Shown here piece after piece: positions 39,291 through 49,334 of a DNA stretch of 64,000 bases. The notes below the pieces were generated by a model. The model worked only from the letters and a program-made list of their open reading frames with translations. It did not search any database and was not told the origin of the DNA. How positions within the stretch are numbered: position 1 is the stretch's first letter; every line of letters starts with the position of its first letter. The translations under genes and the position numbers were made by a program. The DNA comes from Bacteroidales bacterium (GTDB lineage: Bacteria > Bacteroidota > Bacteroidia > Bacteroidales > VadinHA17), in assembly GCA_049512815.1 (NCBI GenBank), contig JBEKWS010000012.1, forward strand, positions 58,702 through 122,701, read 5' to 3'.

Positions 39291-40814
39291 ATGAAAAGAT
39301 CAAAACCACGTTTGACATTCTGGAAGATATGGAACATGAGTTTTGGATTTCTTGGAATCCAGTTTGGTTTTGCTCTTCAAAATGCAAACGTCAGCAGGAT
39401 TTTTGAAACACTTGGAGCTAAGGTTGATAATATACCGATTTTGTGGATTGCCGCTCCTGTCACCGGACTCATTATTCAGCCTATAATCGGACATATGAGT
39501 GATAACACATGGAACAGGTTAGGGCGCCGGCGTCCATATTTTCTTACGGGAGCTGTCCTGGCATCTCTCGCGCTGATTTTTATGCCAAACTCACCTGTTT
39601 TATGGATAGCTGCCGGAATGCTTTGGATCATGGACGCATCGATAAATATATCAATGGAGCCGTTCAGAGCTTTTGTAGGTGATATGCTGCCTTCAGAACA
39701 ACGAACAACGGGTTTTGCAACACAGAGCTTCTTTATAGGCACCGGAGCTGTTATTGCTTCATTATTGCCGTACGTTCTTACAAACTGGTTCAATGTCCAG
39801 AATACAGCTCCGGCGGGTCAGATACCATTATCCGTTAAACTATCATTTTATATCGGCGGAGCCGTATTTATTTCTGCCGTATTATTAACAGTGCTCAGTA
39901 CCAAGGAATACTCTCCGGAAGAACTGAATGATTTTTCTGAAGTGGAAAGCAAGGCAGATAATACAGAGATGGAGGATGTTATATCTTTGGGTAGTGGTTC
40001 ATTTTTAAAAAGAGGACTATACTGGATCGGAGCAGGAGTGGTAACAAGCCTGTTAATTTATTTTTATGCTTTGGGAAAGGAACTATATATCCTTACAGTG
40101 GGTGCCGGAATATTCGGGCTGGTACAGATAATTACAGGATTACTTATCTCAAGGGGGAATACAAACAGTGGGATGGTTATAGTTTTAAGAGATCTCTTTA
40201 CCATGCCAAAAACTATGGGACAACTGGCTGTAGTACAGTTTTTTTCCTGGTTCGCTCTTTTTTCTATGTGGATATATACAACTTCAGCAGTGACAAGTCA
40301 CATTTATGGAACAAAAGACCCGACAAGTGATCTTTATAATCAGGGTGCCAACTGGGTAGGTTTACTCTTTGCTGTTTATAACGGATTTGCTGCACTTGTT
40401 GCATTCCTTCTTCCTGTCCTGGCAAGATGGACAAACAGACGAATAACTCATTCAGTTAGTCTGGTTGCAGGAGGTTTTGGCCTGATATCAATAATCCTGT
40501 TTCACAGCCCTGAAATGTTGATACTTTCAATGCTTGGGATCGGCCTTGCCTGGGCAAGTATCCTGGCAATGCCATATGCGATATTGACCGGATCATTGCC
40601 TGTAAATAAGATGGGGACCTATATGGGCATTTTTAACTTCTTCATTGTTATTCCACAGATACTGGCAGCAAGCATTCTCGGGTTCCTTGTAAGAGATCTG
40701 TTTAAAGGTGAGAGCATTTATGCCCTGGCAACAGGAGGTATTTCCATGTTCATTGCTGCAATCCTTATTCTGTTTGTGAATGACGTGGATGAAAAAAAAT
40801 CAAAAAAATTGTGA
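39291..40814 (+). CDS. MFS/GPH-type sugar:cation symporter (maltose/maltodextrin transporter candidate)
   Basis: ~12 hydrophobic segments. GPH/SLC45-type loop motif NRLGRRRPYF. First gene of an operon with pgmB and GH65. Confidence 0.8.
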   Translation: MKRSKPRLTFWKIWNMSFGFLGIQFGFALQNANVSRIFETLGAKVDNIPILWIAAPVTGLIIQPIIGHMSDNTWNRLGRRRPYFLTGAVLASLALIFMPNSPVLWIAAGMLWIMDASINISMEPFRAFVGDMLPSEQRTTGFATQSFFIGTGAVIASLLPYVLTNWFNVQNTAPAGQIPLSVKLSFYIGGAVFISAVLLTVLSTKEYSPEELNDFSEVESKADNTEMEDVISLGSGSFLKRGLYWIGAGVVTSLLIYFYALGKELYILTVGAGIFGLVQIITGLLISRGNTNSGMVIVLRDLFTMPKTMGQLAVVQFFSWFALFSMWIYTTSAVTSHIYGTKDPTSDLYNQGANWVGLLFAVYNGFAALVAFLLPVLARWTNRRITHSVSLVAGGFGLISIILFHSPEMLILSMLGIGLAWASILAMPYAILTGSLPVNKMGTYMGIFNFFIVIPQILAASILGFLVRDLFKGESIYALATGGISMFIAAILILFVNDVDEKKSKKL

Positions 40815-41479
40815 TGCTAACAGGTGCATGTATTTTTGATCTTGACGGAGTAATTGTTGATACAGCCAGATACCATTATCTGGCATGGAAAAGGCTGACA
40901 GATCAACTTGGTATTCATTTTACAGAAGCAGATAATGAACGACTTAAAGGAGTCAGCCGGATGGCCTCACTTGAGATAATCCTCGAAATTGGGAACAGGA
41001 AACTTAACAACAGGCAGAAACAGGAATATGCTGCACTTAAGAATAACTGGTATATGGATTATATAAGCAAAATGACTCCGGATGAGATCCTCCCTGGGTG
41101 TATCGAGTTTATTAATGAACTCAGAAATGCAAATATCCGTGTAGCAATCGGATCGGCGAGTAAAAATACTCCAATGATCCTTAGCAGGGTTGGAATCCTG
41201 GATATGTTTGATGCAGTGGCAGACGGGAACATTATAACTAATGCAAAACCTGACCCGGAAGTTTTAATAAAAGCTGCCAACATGGTAGGAGTTGAACCCG
41301 GAAATTGTGTTGTATTTGAAGATGCAGTTGCAGGTGTACAGGCTGCACTCAATGCCGGAATGATGTGTATCGGTGTTGGTTCCGCTAAGGGTTTAACAAA
41401 GGCTCATTTTGTTGTTTCAGGATTAAAAGAGATGAATCTTGCAAAATTGCAAACTATAGAAAAAGATATCAGGTTATGA
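40811..41479 (+). CDS. pgmB: Beta-phosphoglucomutase (HAD family)
   Basis: HAD motif I FDLDGVIVDT, GSASKN, and VVFEDAVAGVQAA. Either the GTG at 40811 or the ATG at 40814 could be the start. Both overlap the MFS stop codon. Confidence 0.85.
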   Translation: MMLTGACIFDLDGVIVDTARYHYLAWKRLTDQLGIHFTEADNERLKGVSRMASLEIILEIGNRKLNNRQKQEYAALKNNWYMDYISKMTPDEILPGCIEFINELRNANIRVAIGSASKNTPMILSRVGILDMFDAVADGNIITNAKPDPEVLIKAANMVGVEPGNCVVFEDAVAGVQAALNAGMMCIGVGSAKGLTKAHFVVSGLKEMNLAKLQTIEKDIRL

Positions 41480-43803
41480 ATAACTTTTATAAAAAGGATG
41501 AGTGGCTGATTATTGAAGATGGATTCCACCCCGAAATGAACAGGGAGTCGGAAAGTATCTTTTCGATAGGGAATGGTTATATGGGACAGAGAGCCAATTT
41601 TGAGGAGCAATATTCAGGTGATAGTTTGCAGGGAAGTTATGTTGCAGGCGTATATTACCCTGATAAAACGAGGGTGGGTTGGTGGAAAAACGGTTATCCT
41701 GAATATTTTGCGAAAGTCCTTAATGCACCAAATTGGATCGGCATAGATATCGCAGTGAATGGGAAGGCTGTTGACCTGGCAACAGCTAATATCATATCAT
41801 TTTCGAGGATTCTTAACATGAAAGAAGGTTATCTTGAAAGATCCTTCAAAGTAACTGTTTCAAGAAACAAAACAATTGAAATCAATAGCAGAAGATTCCT
41901 CAGCATGGCAGAACCTGATCTTGGAATTATAAGATATGCAGTCAGATCATTAGATTTTGAAGGGACGCTTACTTATAATGTTTATATTAATGGTGATGTA
42001 AGGAATAAAGATGCTAATTATGGTAAGAAATTCTGGGTAGAGGTTAGCAGAGACATTAATGAAAACTTTGGAGTTATTACAACCAGAACTTTGAAAACAG
42101 ATTTCCATATCGCAACCGGAATGTGTTTTGAGTTTCTGAGGAATAATGGGATCATTGCTGTAAAACCCGATATTATTAATAGAGCAAAATATATTGCATA
42201 CATCATCTCCTTTAGGATTAAGAAAGGTGAGGAAATAGTTCTGAACAAGTATGTTTCGGTTCTTTCTTCATTGAATATCATAAAAGAAGGTTTAGCAGAC
42301 GAAATTAAAATTCGTCTGAAAGGAGTAAAAGCTAAAGGGTATAAAGAACTTTTTCTTAACCATAAAAATGAATGGAAGAAGATATGGGCTACTTCGGATG
42401 TGGTCATTGAAGGCGATATATCAGCTCAGCAGGCAATACGCTTTAATATTTTCCATCTTAACCAGACTTATACCGGGAAAGATGAGCGTCTCAATATTGG
42501 TCCAAAAGGATTTACCGGTGAGAAGTATGGCGGAAGCACATATTGGGATACGGAAGCATTTGGTCTGCCATTTTTTTTAAAAACAGCAGATCAGAAAGTT
42601 GGAAGGAATTTATTGCTATACCGGTATAAACATCTTGAAAAAAGTATTTCCAACGCTGAAAAGCTTGGTTTTAAGAACGGTGCTGCACTTTACCCTATGG
42701 TAACAATGAATGGGGAAGAGTGTCATAATGAGTGGGAAATAACCTTTGAAGAGATCCACAGGAACGGGGCAATTGCTTATGCTATTTACAATTATATCAG
42801 GCATACAGGGGACCAGGACTATATGGCAGATTATGGATTGGAAGTGCTCATAGGTATTTCAAGATTCTGGAGCCAGAGAACAACTTTTTCTGAAAATCTT
42901 AAGAAATATGTGATATTGGGGGTGACAGGTCCAAATGAGTATGAGAACAATGTTAATAACAACTGGTATACTAATTTATTAGCTGTATGGACATTATCCT
43001 ATGCACTAACAAACATTGGTATCCTGGAAAAGGAAAATCCGGATAAACTCTTGGTCCTATATAGAAAAACAAATTTTAACTTTTCTGAGGAAACAACTAG
43101 GTGGAAAGATCTAATTAAAGACATGTACTTTCCTGTTGATAATACGCGTAAAATATTTCTTCAGCAGGATGGATTTCTTGACAAAGAATTGTTGCCGGCC
43201 AGTAGTATTCCATCTGCTGAAAGACCAATCAATCAGCATTGGTCGTGGGACAGGATACTGAGATCCTGCTTTATTAAACAGGCAGATGTTCTGCAGGGAT
43301 TATACTTCTTTGAAGATCAGTTTGATACTGAGACAATAAAACGTAATTTTGATTTTTATGAACCAATGACTGTTCATGAATCGTCATTGTCAGCATGCAT
43401 TCATTCAATAATCGCCTCAAGGATAGGAAATATCGAAAGAGCTTACGAGCTTTACCTTCGCACTGCAAGGTTGGATCTTGATGACTACAATAATGAAGTC
43501 TCTGATGGGTTGCATATTACAAGCATGGCAGGTGCATGGCTCGCTATCGTTGAAGGATTTGGCGGGATGAGGATTCTTGATGGAAAGATACTGCTTAATC
43601 CCCTTATTCCTGGAAACTGGCGATCATATTCATTTCATGCACGCTTTCGTGGCTCACTATTCGAGGTCACAGTGACTAAAGATTGTGTGAGTGTAAATAA
43701 TATTTCAGGAAAACCATTAAAGCTGGATATATCCGGTAAGGAATATCAGATTAAAGCGTCAGGGAAACTTGTTCTTAATTTGACAGTAAACATTTTTTCT
43801 TAA
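41476..43803 (+). CDS. GH65 maltose (or related alpha-glucoside) phosphorylase
   Basis: 775 aa. N-terminal EWLIIEDGF...SIFSIGNGYMGQRANFEE. Catalytic-domain GEKYGGSTYWDTEAF. Start overlaps the pgmB stop (ATGA). Confidence 0.9.
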   Translation: MNNFYKKDEWLIIEDGFHPEMNRESESIFSIGNGYMGQRANFEEQYSGDSLQGSYVAGVYYPDKTRVGWWKNGYPEYFAKVLNAPNWIGIDIAVNGKAVDLATANIISFSRILNMKEGYLERSFKVTVSRNKTIEINSRRFLSMAEPDLGIIRYAVRSLDFEGTLTYNVYINGDVRNKDANYGKKFWVEVSRDINENFGVITTRTLKTDFHIATGMCFEFLRNNGIIAVKPDIINRAKYIAYIISFRIKKGEEIVLNKYVSVLSSLNIIKEGLADEIKIRLKGVKAKGYKELFLNHKNEWKKIWATSDVVIEGDISAQQAIRFNIFHLNQTYTGKDERLNIGPKGFTGEKYGGSTYWDTEAFGLPFFLKTADQKVGRNLLLYRYKHLEKSISNAEKLGFKNGAALYPMVTMNGEECHNEWEITFEEIHRNGAIAYAIYNYIRHTGDQDYMADYGLEVLIGISRFWSQRTTFSENLKKYVILGVTGPNEYENNVNNNWYTNLLAVWTLSYALTNIGILEKENPDKLLVLYRKTNFNFSEETTRWKDLIKDMYFPVDNTRKIFLQQDGFLDKELLPASSIPSAERPINQHWSWDRILRSCFIKQADVLQGLYFFEDQFDTETIKRNFDFYEPMTVHESSLSACIHSIIASRIGNIERAYELYLRTARLDLDDYNNEVSDGLHITSMAGAWLAIVEGFGGMRILDGKILLNPLIPGNWRSYSFHARFRGSLFEVTVTKDCVSVNNISGKPLKLDISGKEYQIKASGKLVLNLTVNIFS

Positions 43804-43856
43804 GCTATTATTAATCAGAAACATATTTATAAAAGAATAACTTAATTATTCAGATT

Positions 43857-45230
43857 ATGGAAAAACTACCTGTAGGTCTGGTAACACTGTTACTGGCAAT
43901 AGTATTAACAGTAGCAGGATGTTCGATTTTCAAAGGTAAAAAGGAAGTCAAACCTTTTGTTTCAGATGTTGTACACCCTGAATGGTCAAAGAATTCTGTA
44001 CTATATGAAGTCAATATAAGGCAGTACACTGACGAAGGGACGTTTAATGCTTTTGCGAAGCATCTTCCACGGTTGAAAGCGCTTGGTGTTGACGTATTAT
44101 GGTTTATGCCAACCTTCCCGATAGGCGTTCTTAACAGGAAAGGCCAACTTGGCAGTTATTATTCAGTGAAAGATTTTATGGATGTCAATCCTGAATTCGG
44201 AACTATTGATGATTTTAAAGCAGTTATCAATAATGCCCATGACTTAGGTATGCACGTAATGCTCGACTGGGTTCCAAATCATACTTCATGGGATAATGTA
44301 CTTGCTACCAAGCACCCTGACTGGTACAAAAAAGACTCTCTGGTGAAATTCATTGCACCTTACGACTGGACTGATGTTATCCAACTCGACTGGTCAAAAA
44401 AGGAACTTCAGGATTATATGATAGAAGCTATGAAATTCTGGGTGAATATGGGGGTTGATGGTTTCCGTGTCGACCACCCGCATAATACCCCAAAAGAATT
44501 CTGGGAAAGAGCCAGGACTGAACTTTATAAAATAAAGCCTGTACTGTTACTTGCTGAAAATGAGGATCAGACAGGATTCCTTGAGAAAGGATTTGATATG
44601 AACTATGCCTGGGAATTGCACCATGTGATGAACCGGATAGCCCAGAGGAAAGATAGTGTGAAGAGTCTCAGAAAGTATTACATAAAAGAGAGATCCATAT
44701 TTCCGTCCAATGTCTACAGAATGGTTTTTATGGATAACCATGATGAAAATTCATGGAATGGCACAATCAATTCAAGAATGGGAGAGGCTCAGAATGCCTT
44801 CGCTGTCTTTATCTTTACGACACAGGGAGTTCCTCTTCTGTACAGTGGGCAGGAGGTCTGCCTCAATAAAAGCCTTAAATTCTTTGTAAGAGATACAATT
44901 AAATGGGATACCTGCAAAATGACCCGGTTCTATACCAGACTAATAAAAATGAAAAAGGAAAACAGGGCCCTATGGAACGGAGATTTTGGTGGTAAAATGG
45001 ATTCTATAAAAACCAATAAAGAAAATAAGATATTTGCGTTTTACAGGGAGAAAGAAGAAAACCGGGTTGTTGTGTTCCTTAATCTGAGCAAAAAGAATGT
45101 GGCATTCAAACCTGAAGTCGAAAATCTTGGTGGTGAATACAAGGATTATTTTTCAGGACAAAAGAACACGCTTCCGTTTGCGGATTCGCTTAGGCTTGAG
45201 CCATGGGGGTATAAGGTTTTAGTAAAATAA
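43857..45230 (+). CDS. GH13 alpha-amylase family lipoprotein
   Basis: Lipobox (LTVAGCS). GH13 regions DWVPNH, GVDGFRVDH, LLAENED and FMDNHD. Confidence 0.85.
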   Translation: MEKLPVGLVTLLLAIVLTVAGCSIFKGKKEVKPFVSDVVHPEWSKNSVLYEVNIRQYTDEGTFNAFAKHLPRLKALGVDVLWFMPTFPIGVLNRKGQLGSYYSVKDFMDVNPEFGTIDDFKAVINNAHDLGMHVMLDWVPNHTSWDNVLATKHPDWYKKDSLVKFIAPYDWTDVIQLDWSKKELQDYMIEAMKFWVNMGVDGFRVDHPHNTPKEFWERARTELYKIKPVLLLAENEDQTGFLEKGFDMNYAWELHHVMNRIAQRKDSVKSLRKYYIKERSIFPSNVYRMVFMDNHDENSWNGTINSRMGEAQNAFAVFIFTTQGVPLLYSGQEVCLNKSLKFFVRDTIKWDTCKMTRFYTRLIKMKKENRALWNGDFGGKMDSIKTNKENKIFAFYREKEENRVVVFLNLSKKNVAFKPEVENLGGEYKDYFSGQKNTLPFADSLRLEPWGYKVLVK

Positions 45231-45265
45231 AACTCACCACCCAAGAAACACGAAACATTGAGACA

Positions 45266-45517
45266 ATGAAATCGTTCAAATTCATATTATCCATCATTTT
45301 TGTAAGTTGCTTATTTAGAGTTGGGTGCAAGGATATTGTCCATTTGTCGGGACCTCAGAATCTACAAATAGGGATAAACAGAAAAGATGGTTATATAATA
45401 GGAGGAGAAGCGGTAAAGCTACTTACTGACCGTCTCGAAAAAATATATAATCTTCCTTACCAAACAATAGTCATTAAGACAGAGATGGTTATCAAGGGAT
45501 CTTCAAAGAATGTTTAA
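45266..45517 (+). CDS. Small hypothetical ORF. Its C-terminal half resembles the tail of a LacI-family regulator
   Basis: 83 aa. The N-terminus is signal-like. GGEAVKLLTDRLEKIYNLPYQTIVIKTEMVIKGSS resembles the LacI/PurR C-terminal pattern G..A...L..ri......q.i.l...li.R.S. Weak. Confidence 0.3.
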   Translation: MKSFKFILSIIFVSCLFRVGCKDIVHLSGPQNLQIGINRKDGYIIGGEAVKLLTDRLEKIYNLPYQTIVIKTEMVIKGSSKNV

Positions 45518-45666
45518 AAATAGTTAATAATCTTGATGTGAGGTGGGAAAATCCATATCCAAAAAAAGAGGTTTATCACCTTGGATAAACAAAAAAATCT
45601 TTATTTTTGGCTGACCGGACAGAAGGTTGAATTGAATTCAAATAATTATTTAAAACTATCTCAAAT

Positions 45667-46041
45667 ATGAACGTTCCTGTTGATTTATTGTATACTAAGG
45701 ACCATGAGTGGCTTCGCGTAGAAGGAAACATGGGTTATGTCGGAGTTACTGATTTTGCGCAGGGTGAGTTAGGAGATATCGTTTTCATTGAGATCGAAAC
45801 AGTCGGTGAAACACTTAAAACCCAAGAGGTGTTTGGTACTATCGAAGCTGTTAAAACTGTTTCAGATATGTTTATGCCGGTGAGTGGAGAAATCCTTGAA
45901 GTGAATCCTGCAATTGAGGAGTCACCGGCAGTTGTAAATAAGGATCCTTATGGCAATGGATGGATGATTAAAATCTTAATCAGTAATCCTTCAGAGATTA
46001 ATGACCTTCTATCGCCGGAAAAATATAAGGCAATGTTGTAA
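45667..46041 (+). CDS. gcvH: Glycine cleavage system H protein
   Basis: 124 aa. YTKDHEWL, GVTDFAQGELGDIVF, and lipoyl-lysine motif IEAVKTVSD. Confidence 0.95.
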   Translation: MNVPVDLLYTKDHEWLRVEGNMGYVGVTDFAQGELGDIVFIEIETVGETLKTQEVFGTIEAVKTVSDMFMPVSGEILEVNPAIEESPAVVNKDPYGNGWMIKILISNPSEINDLLSPEKYKAML

Positions 46042-46050
46042 ATCCTTTTC

Positions 46051-46254
46051 AACAACCTCCCCCCTTCGGGGTACTCCCCGCTAAAGCGGGGCAGGCTCTC
46101 CTTGTCAAGGAGGAGAAAGTTATAATATCATATATAATAGTTTTCCCTCCTTTTGAAAGGGGGCCGAACGTTTAAAAATAGCCCGGTGGGATATTTTAGT
46201 GAAGGAGCCAGGTTGCGCGTAGGCTCATACCCGAAGGGTAATGACGGGGTGGTT
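46051..46254. repeat. Long copy of the inverted-repeat-bounded intergenic element (MITE/REP-like)
   Basis: Left end AACAACCTCCCCCC and right end GGGGTGGTT are imperfect inverted repeats. Sub-terminal CCTTCGGGGTA is inverted to TACCCGAAGG. Internal hairpins at 46076-46091 (CCCCGC-TAAA-GCGGGG) and 46098-46112 (CTCCTTG-T-CAAGGAG). The right 24 nt are 22/24 identical to 27130-27153. Confidence 0.45.
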
Positions 46255-46268
46255 AAATATTTAAAGTA

Positions 46269-49200
46269 TTAAAGTGTTTTCTTGACTTCGAATTCCTGAT
46301 AACCTTCAACTATATCACCCACTTTTATATCGTTGAAATTGTGGATATTAAGTCCACATTCATATCCGCCAACTACTTCTTTTACGTCATCTTTAAAGCG
46401 TTTGAGTGATCCTAGTTCACCGGTATAAATTACAATACCATCGCGAATTATCCTGATTTTGGTATTCCTGGTAATTTTACCCTCTTTAACATAACATCCT
46501 GCAACTGTTCCAACTTTTGTGACCTTGAATATATCACGTATTTCAAGAGTTGCGACAATCTCTTCTCTGACTTCAGGCATTAGCATACCTTCCATTGCGG
46601 ATCTGATTTCCTCAATTGCATTATAGATAATTGAATAGAGACGTACATCAATCTCCTCTTTTTCAGCAAGTTTTCTGGCACTTAAGGATGGCCTTACCTG
46701 AAACCCGACTATAATGGCGTTCGAAGCTGCAGCCAGGAGAACATCTGATTCAGAAATCTGTCCGACAGCTTTATGAATGATGTTAAGCTGGATCTCAGGG
46801 GTTGAGAGTTTAATTAGTGAGTCACTCAAAGCCTCTACTGAACCATCGACATCACCTTTTACTATAATATTAAGTTCCTGGAAATTACCGATAGCAATTC
46901 TTCGGCCTATTTCATCAAGTGTAATGTGTTTCTGAGTACGCAGACCCTGTTCCCTCTGGAGTTGTGCCCTTTTTGTTGCAATATCTTTTGCCTCACGATC
47001 GCTCTCCATAACATTAAATTTGTCGCCAGCCTGTGGTGCACCATTTAATCCCAGGATTAGGGTAGGAGTGGCCGGACCGACTACATCAACCTTATTTCCT
47101 CTTTCGTTGTACATGGCTTTAATATGTCCAAAGCAGCTTCCCGCCAGCATAATATCTCCAATTCTGAGCGTTCCGGCTTTGACCAGTACAGTTGCTGTAA
47201 ATCCCCTGCCCTTATCGAGAGAAGATTCAATAACTGTTCCGATAGCCGGTTTGTCGGGATTGGCTTTTAGCTCTAGCATCTCTGCTTCAAGAAGAATTTT
47301 ATCGAGAAGAAGATCAATATTGAGTCCGCTTTTAGCCGAAATTTCCTGTGATTGATACTTGCCTCCCCAATCTTCAACCAGGTAATTCATATTTGCAAGA
47401 GACTCTTTGATCTTATCAGGATTTGAAGTCGGCTTATCAATTTTATTGATTGCGAATATTATAGGGACTCCTGCTGCTGAAGCATGATTGATTGCTTCTT
47501 TAGTTTGAGGCATAACTCCATCGTCAGCAGCAACTACAATAATTGCAATGTCAGTTATTTGTGCACCACGGGCACGCATTGCAGTAAACGCTTCATGACC
47601 CGGAGTATCGAGGAATGTTATCTGGCGTCCGTCCTCGAGTATGACTCCATATGCACCGATATGCTGGGTAATACCTCCGGCTTCACCCGCAATCACATTG
47701 GTATTCCGGATATAATCAAGCAACTTTGTTTTGCCATGGTCAACATGACCCATCACGGTAACGATAGGAGGTCTTGGTTTGAGATCTACTGCTTCATCAG
47801 CCTCTTCACGTACTGCTTCCTGCAATTCTGCACTGACAAATTCAACTTTGAAACCAAATTCATCCGCAAGAAGAGCCATCGTTTCAGCATCCAGGCGCTG
47901 GTTAATGGAGACAAAAAGCCCAAGGTTCATACATGTAGAAATGATATCCGTTACAGGGATACTCATCATTGATGCAAGCTCATTGACTGAAACAAACTCC
48001 GTAACCTTCAGAATATTCTTATCGAGTTCCTGCTGGTCAACAACCTCCTGGTGCTTTTGACTAATAGCCTCCCTTTTTTCCCGGCGGTATCTTGAACCCT
48101 TTGATTTACCTTTTGTCGTTAGCCTTGCCAGGGTCTCTTTTATCTGCTTTTGAACCTCTTCTTCATTTACTTCAGCCCTGACAGGTCTTTTTTTCACGAC
48201 CTTCTTAGCGCTTGTTTTTTCTTTTTTATCAGTTGCAAATGGTTTAACTACAGGTGTTCCCTCTTTTTCTTTCAATATTCTCTTCCTACGCTTCTTCCTT
48301 CTGAAATCGGAATCGCTGCTGACTCTGACTGGCTGAAATGGAGTAGCTTTCTTTTTTTCTTCCGCTGGCAGGTCTATTTTCCCGACAACCCTTGGTCCCA
48401 CCAGTTTTTTAAAATCAGTTTTATATAGAGAAATAATATCCTCTTCGGGTTCTGGAATTATAACTTCCTCTATAATGTCTTCGATTAAAAACTCTTCAAT
48501 TGGTGGCTCAGGGGTCTTCTCCTCTATAGTTTCAGTTTCTTTCCGTCCGCTAGCTTTAATCGCTCCCTGTTTAAGAATATCCTTTTCTTTGCTTTTCTCT
48601 TTCGCTGAGACTTTTGGCTTCTCTTTCTGTTCCTCTTTTTTTACTGGTTTAATATCTTTAGCAATTGTATCGAGATCGATTTTCCCGACAATATGAAGAT
48701 CAATATTTGATTTAGATTTATTTTCTTCAGCAAGATCCGGAGTAACATGTGTTTCCTTTTCTATCAGGGTTTTGTTCTTTTCAGTCTTTTCAGTTTCAAC
48801 CGGACTTGGAGCAGGTTTTTGTACCGGTTCCTCTTTGGGTGCTGCAATTTTTTCATCCTTTGGCTTTACTGACTTTTCAAGATCAATTTTACCTACAAGT
48901 TTTATATCAGGTTTTTTGATTTCAGTTTTAACGTCTACAGCTTTCTTAACTCCTGAAGAATCTTTGACAAGAACCTCATCATCCCTTTCAGAATCTTCAA
49001 TCTCAATCTTTTCTGAAAAATCACCAATAGAAACAGATTCCTTCTTTCTGTGGAGATCTTTAAGGATGAGTTTTTCAGACTCCTTTTTTACACTGATATC
49101 TGTACTGTATTCTTTTACAAGCAAAATATAAGCTTCATGCGGAAGTTTAGTATTTGGGTTGGGATCAAGATCAAACCCTTTTTTGTGAAGGAATTCCACA

Positions 49201-49271
49201 ATTGTGGATATTCCCACGTTAAATTCGCGGGCAGCTTTACTTAATCTGGTAACCTTAATATCTTCTGTCAT
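46269..49271 (-). CDS. infB: Translation initiation factor IF-2
   Basis: 1000 aa. K/E-rich N-terminal region. G-domain VTVMGHVDHGKTKLLD, DTPGHEAF, NKID. C-terminal beta-barrel domains. Confidence 0.97.
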   Translation of the reverse strand: MTEDIKVTRLSKAAREFNVGISTIVEFLHKKGFDLDPNPNTKLPHEAYILLVKEYSTDISVKKESEKLILKDLHRKKESVSIGDFSEKIEIEDSERDDEVLVKDSSGVKKAVDVKTEIKKPDIKLVGKIDLEKSVKPKDEKIAAPKEEPVQKPAPSPVETEKTEKNKTLIEKETHVTPDLAEENKSKSNIDLHIVGKIDLDTIAKDIKPVKKEEQKEKPKVSAKEKSKEKDILKQGAIKASGRKETETIEEKTPEPPIEEFLIEDIIEEVIIPEPEEDIISLYKTDFKKLVGPRVVGKIDLPAEEKKKATPFQPVRVSSDSDFRRKKRRKRILKEKEGTPVVKPFATDKKEKTSAKKVVKKRPVRAEVNEEEVQKQIKETLARLTTKGKSKGSRYRREKREAISQKHQEVVDQQELDKNILKVTEFVSVNELASMMSIPVTDIISTCMNLGLFVSINQRLDAETMALLADEFGFKVEFVSAELQEAVREEADEAVDLKPRPPIVTVMGHVDHGKTKLLDYIRNTNVIAGEAGGITQHIGAYGVILEDGRQITFLDTPGHEAFTAMRARGAQITDIAIIVVAADDGVMPQTKEAINHASAAGVPIIFAINKIDKPTSNPDKIKESLANMNYLVEDWGGKYQSQEISAKSGLNIDLLLDKILLEAEMLELKANPDKPAIGTVIESSLDKGRGFTATVLVKAGTLRIGDIMLAGSCFGHIKAMYNERGNKVDVVGPATPTLILGLNGAPQAGDKFNVMESDREAKDIATKRAQLQREQGLRTQKHITLDEIGRRIAIGNFQELNIIVKGDVDGSVEALSDSLIKLSTPEIQLNIIHKAVGQISESDVLLAAASNAIIVGFQVRPSLSARKLAEKEEIDVRLYSIIYNAIEEIRSAMEGMLMPEVREEIVATLEIRDIFKVTKVGTVAGCYVKEGKITRNTKIRIIRDGIVIYTGELGSLKRFKDDVKEVVGGYECGLNIHNFNDIKVGDIVEGYQEFEVKKTL

Positions 49272-49334
49272 AAATATAACTTGCCTTTATTAAAACTTCA
49301 AAAAAACTGATTGTGAGTAGTTTATATTTGTATT

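Noticed and set aside
45518-45666. Possible glycine riboswitch upstream of gcvH.
   Set aside because: I could not find the conserved glycine-riboswitch core (GGAGAG...CACCG / CUCUGGAGAG-type elements). There is only a 7-bp hairpin (TATCCAA...TTGGATA), which is more likely a terminator of the preceding small ORF.
48369-48896. VGKIDL motif repeated three times (aa 126-131, 195-200, 296-301) in the K/E-rich N-terminal region of IF-2.
   Set aside because: This is a real internal repeat, but IF-2 N-terminal regions are generally low-complexity, repetitive and variable. There is no indication of a separate element.
47020-49244. Multiple 60-160-aa plus-strand ORFs antisense to infB. Similar antisense ORFs occur in sprA, the RND genes, nusA, rimP and ruvA (for example 31193-31729).
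   Set aside because: These are shadow ORFs opposite long, well-supported genes. They have low-complexity Ser/Phe/Leu-rich translations and no independent signals.
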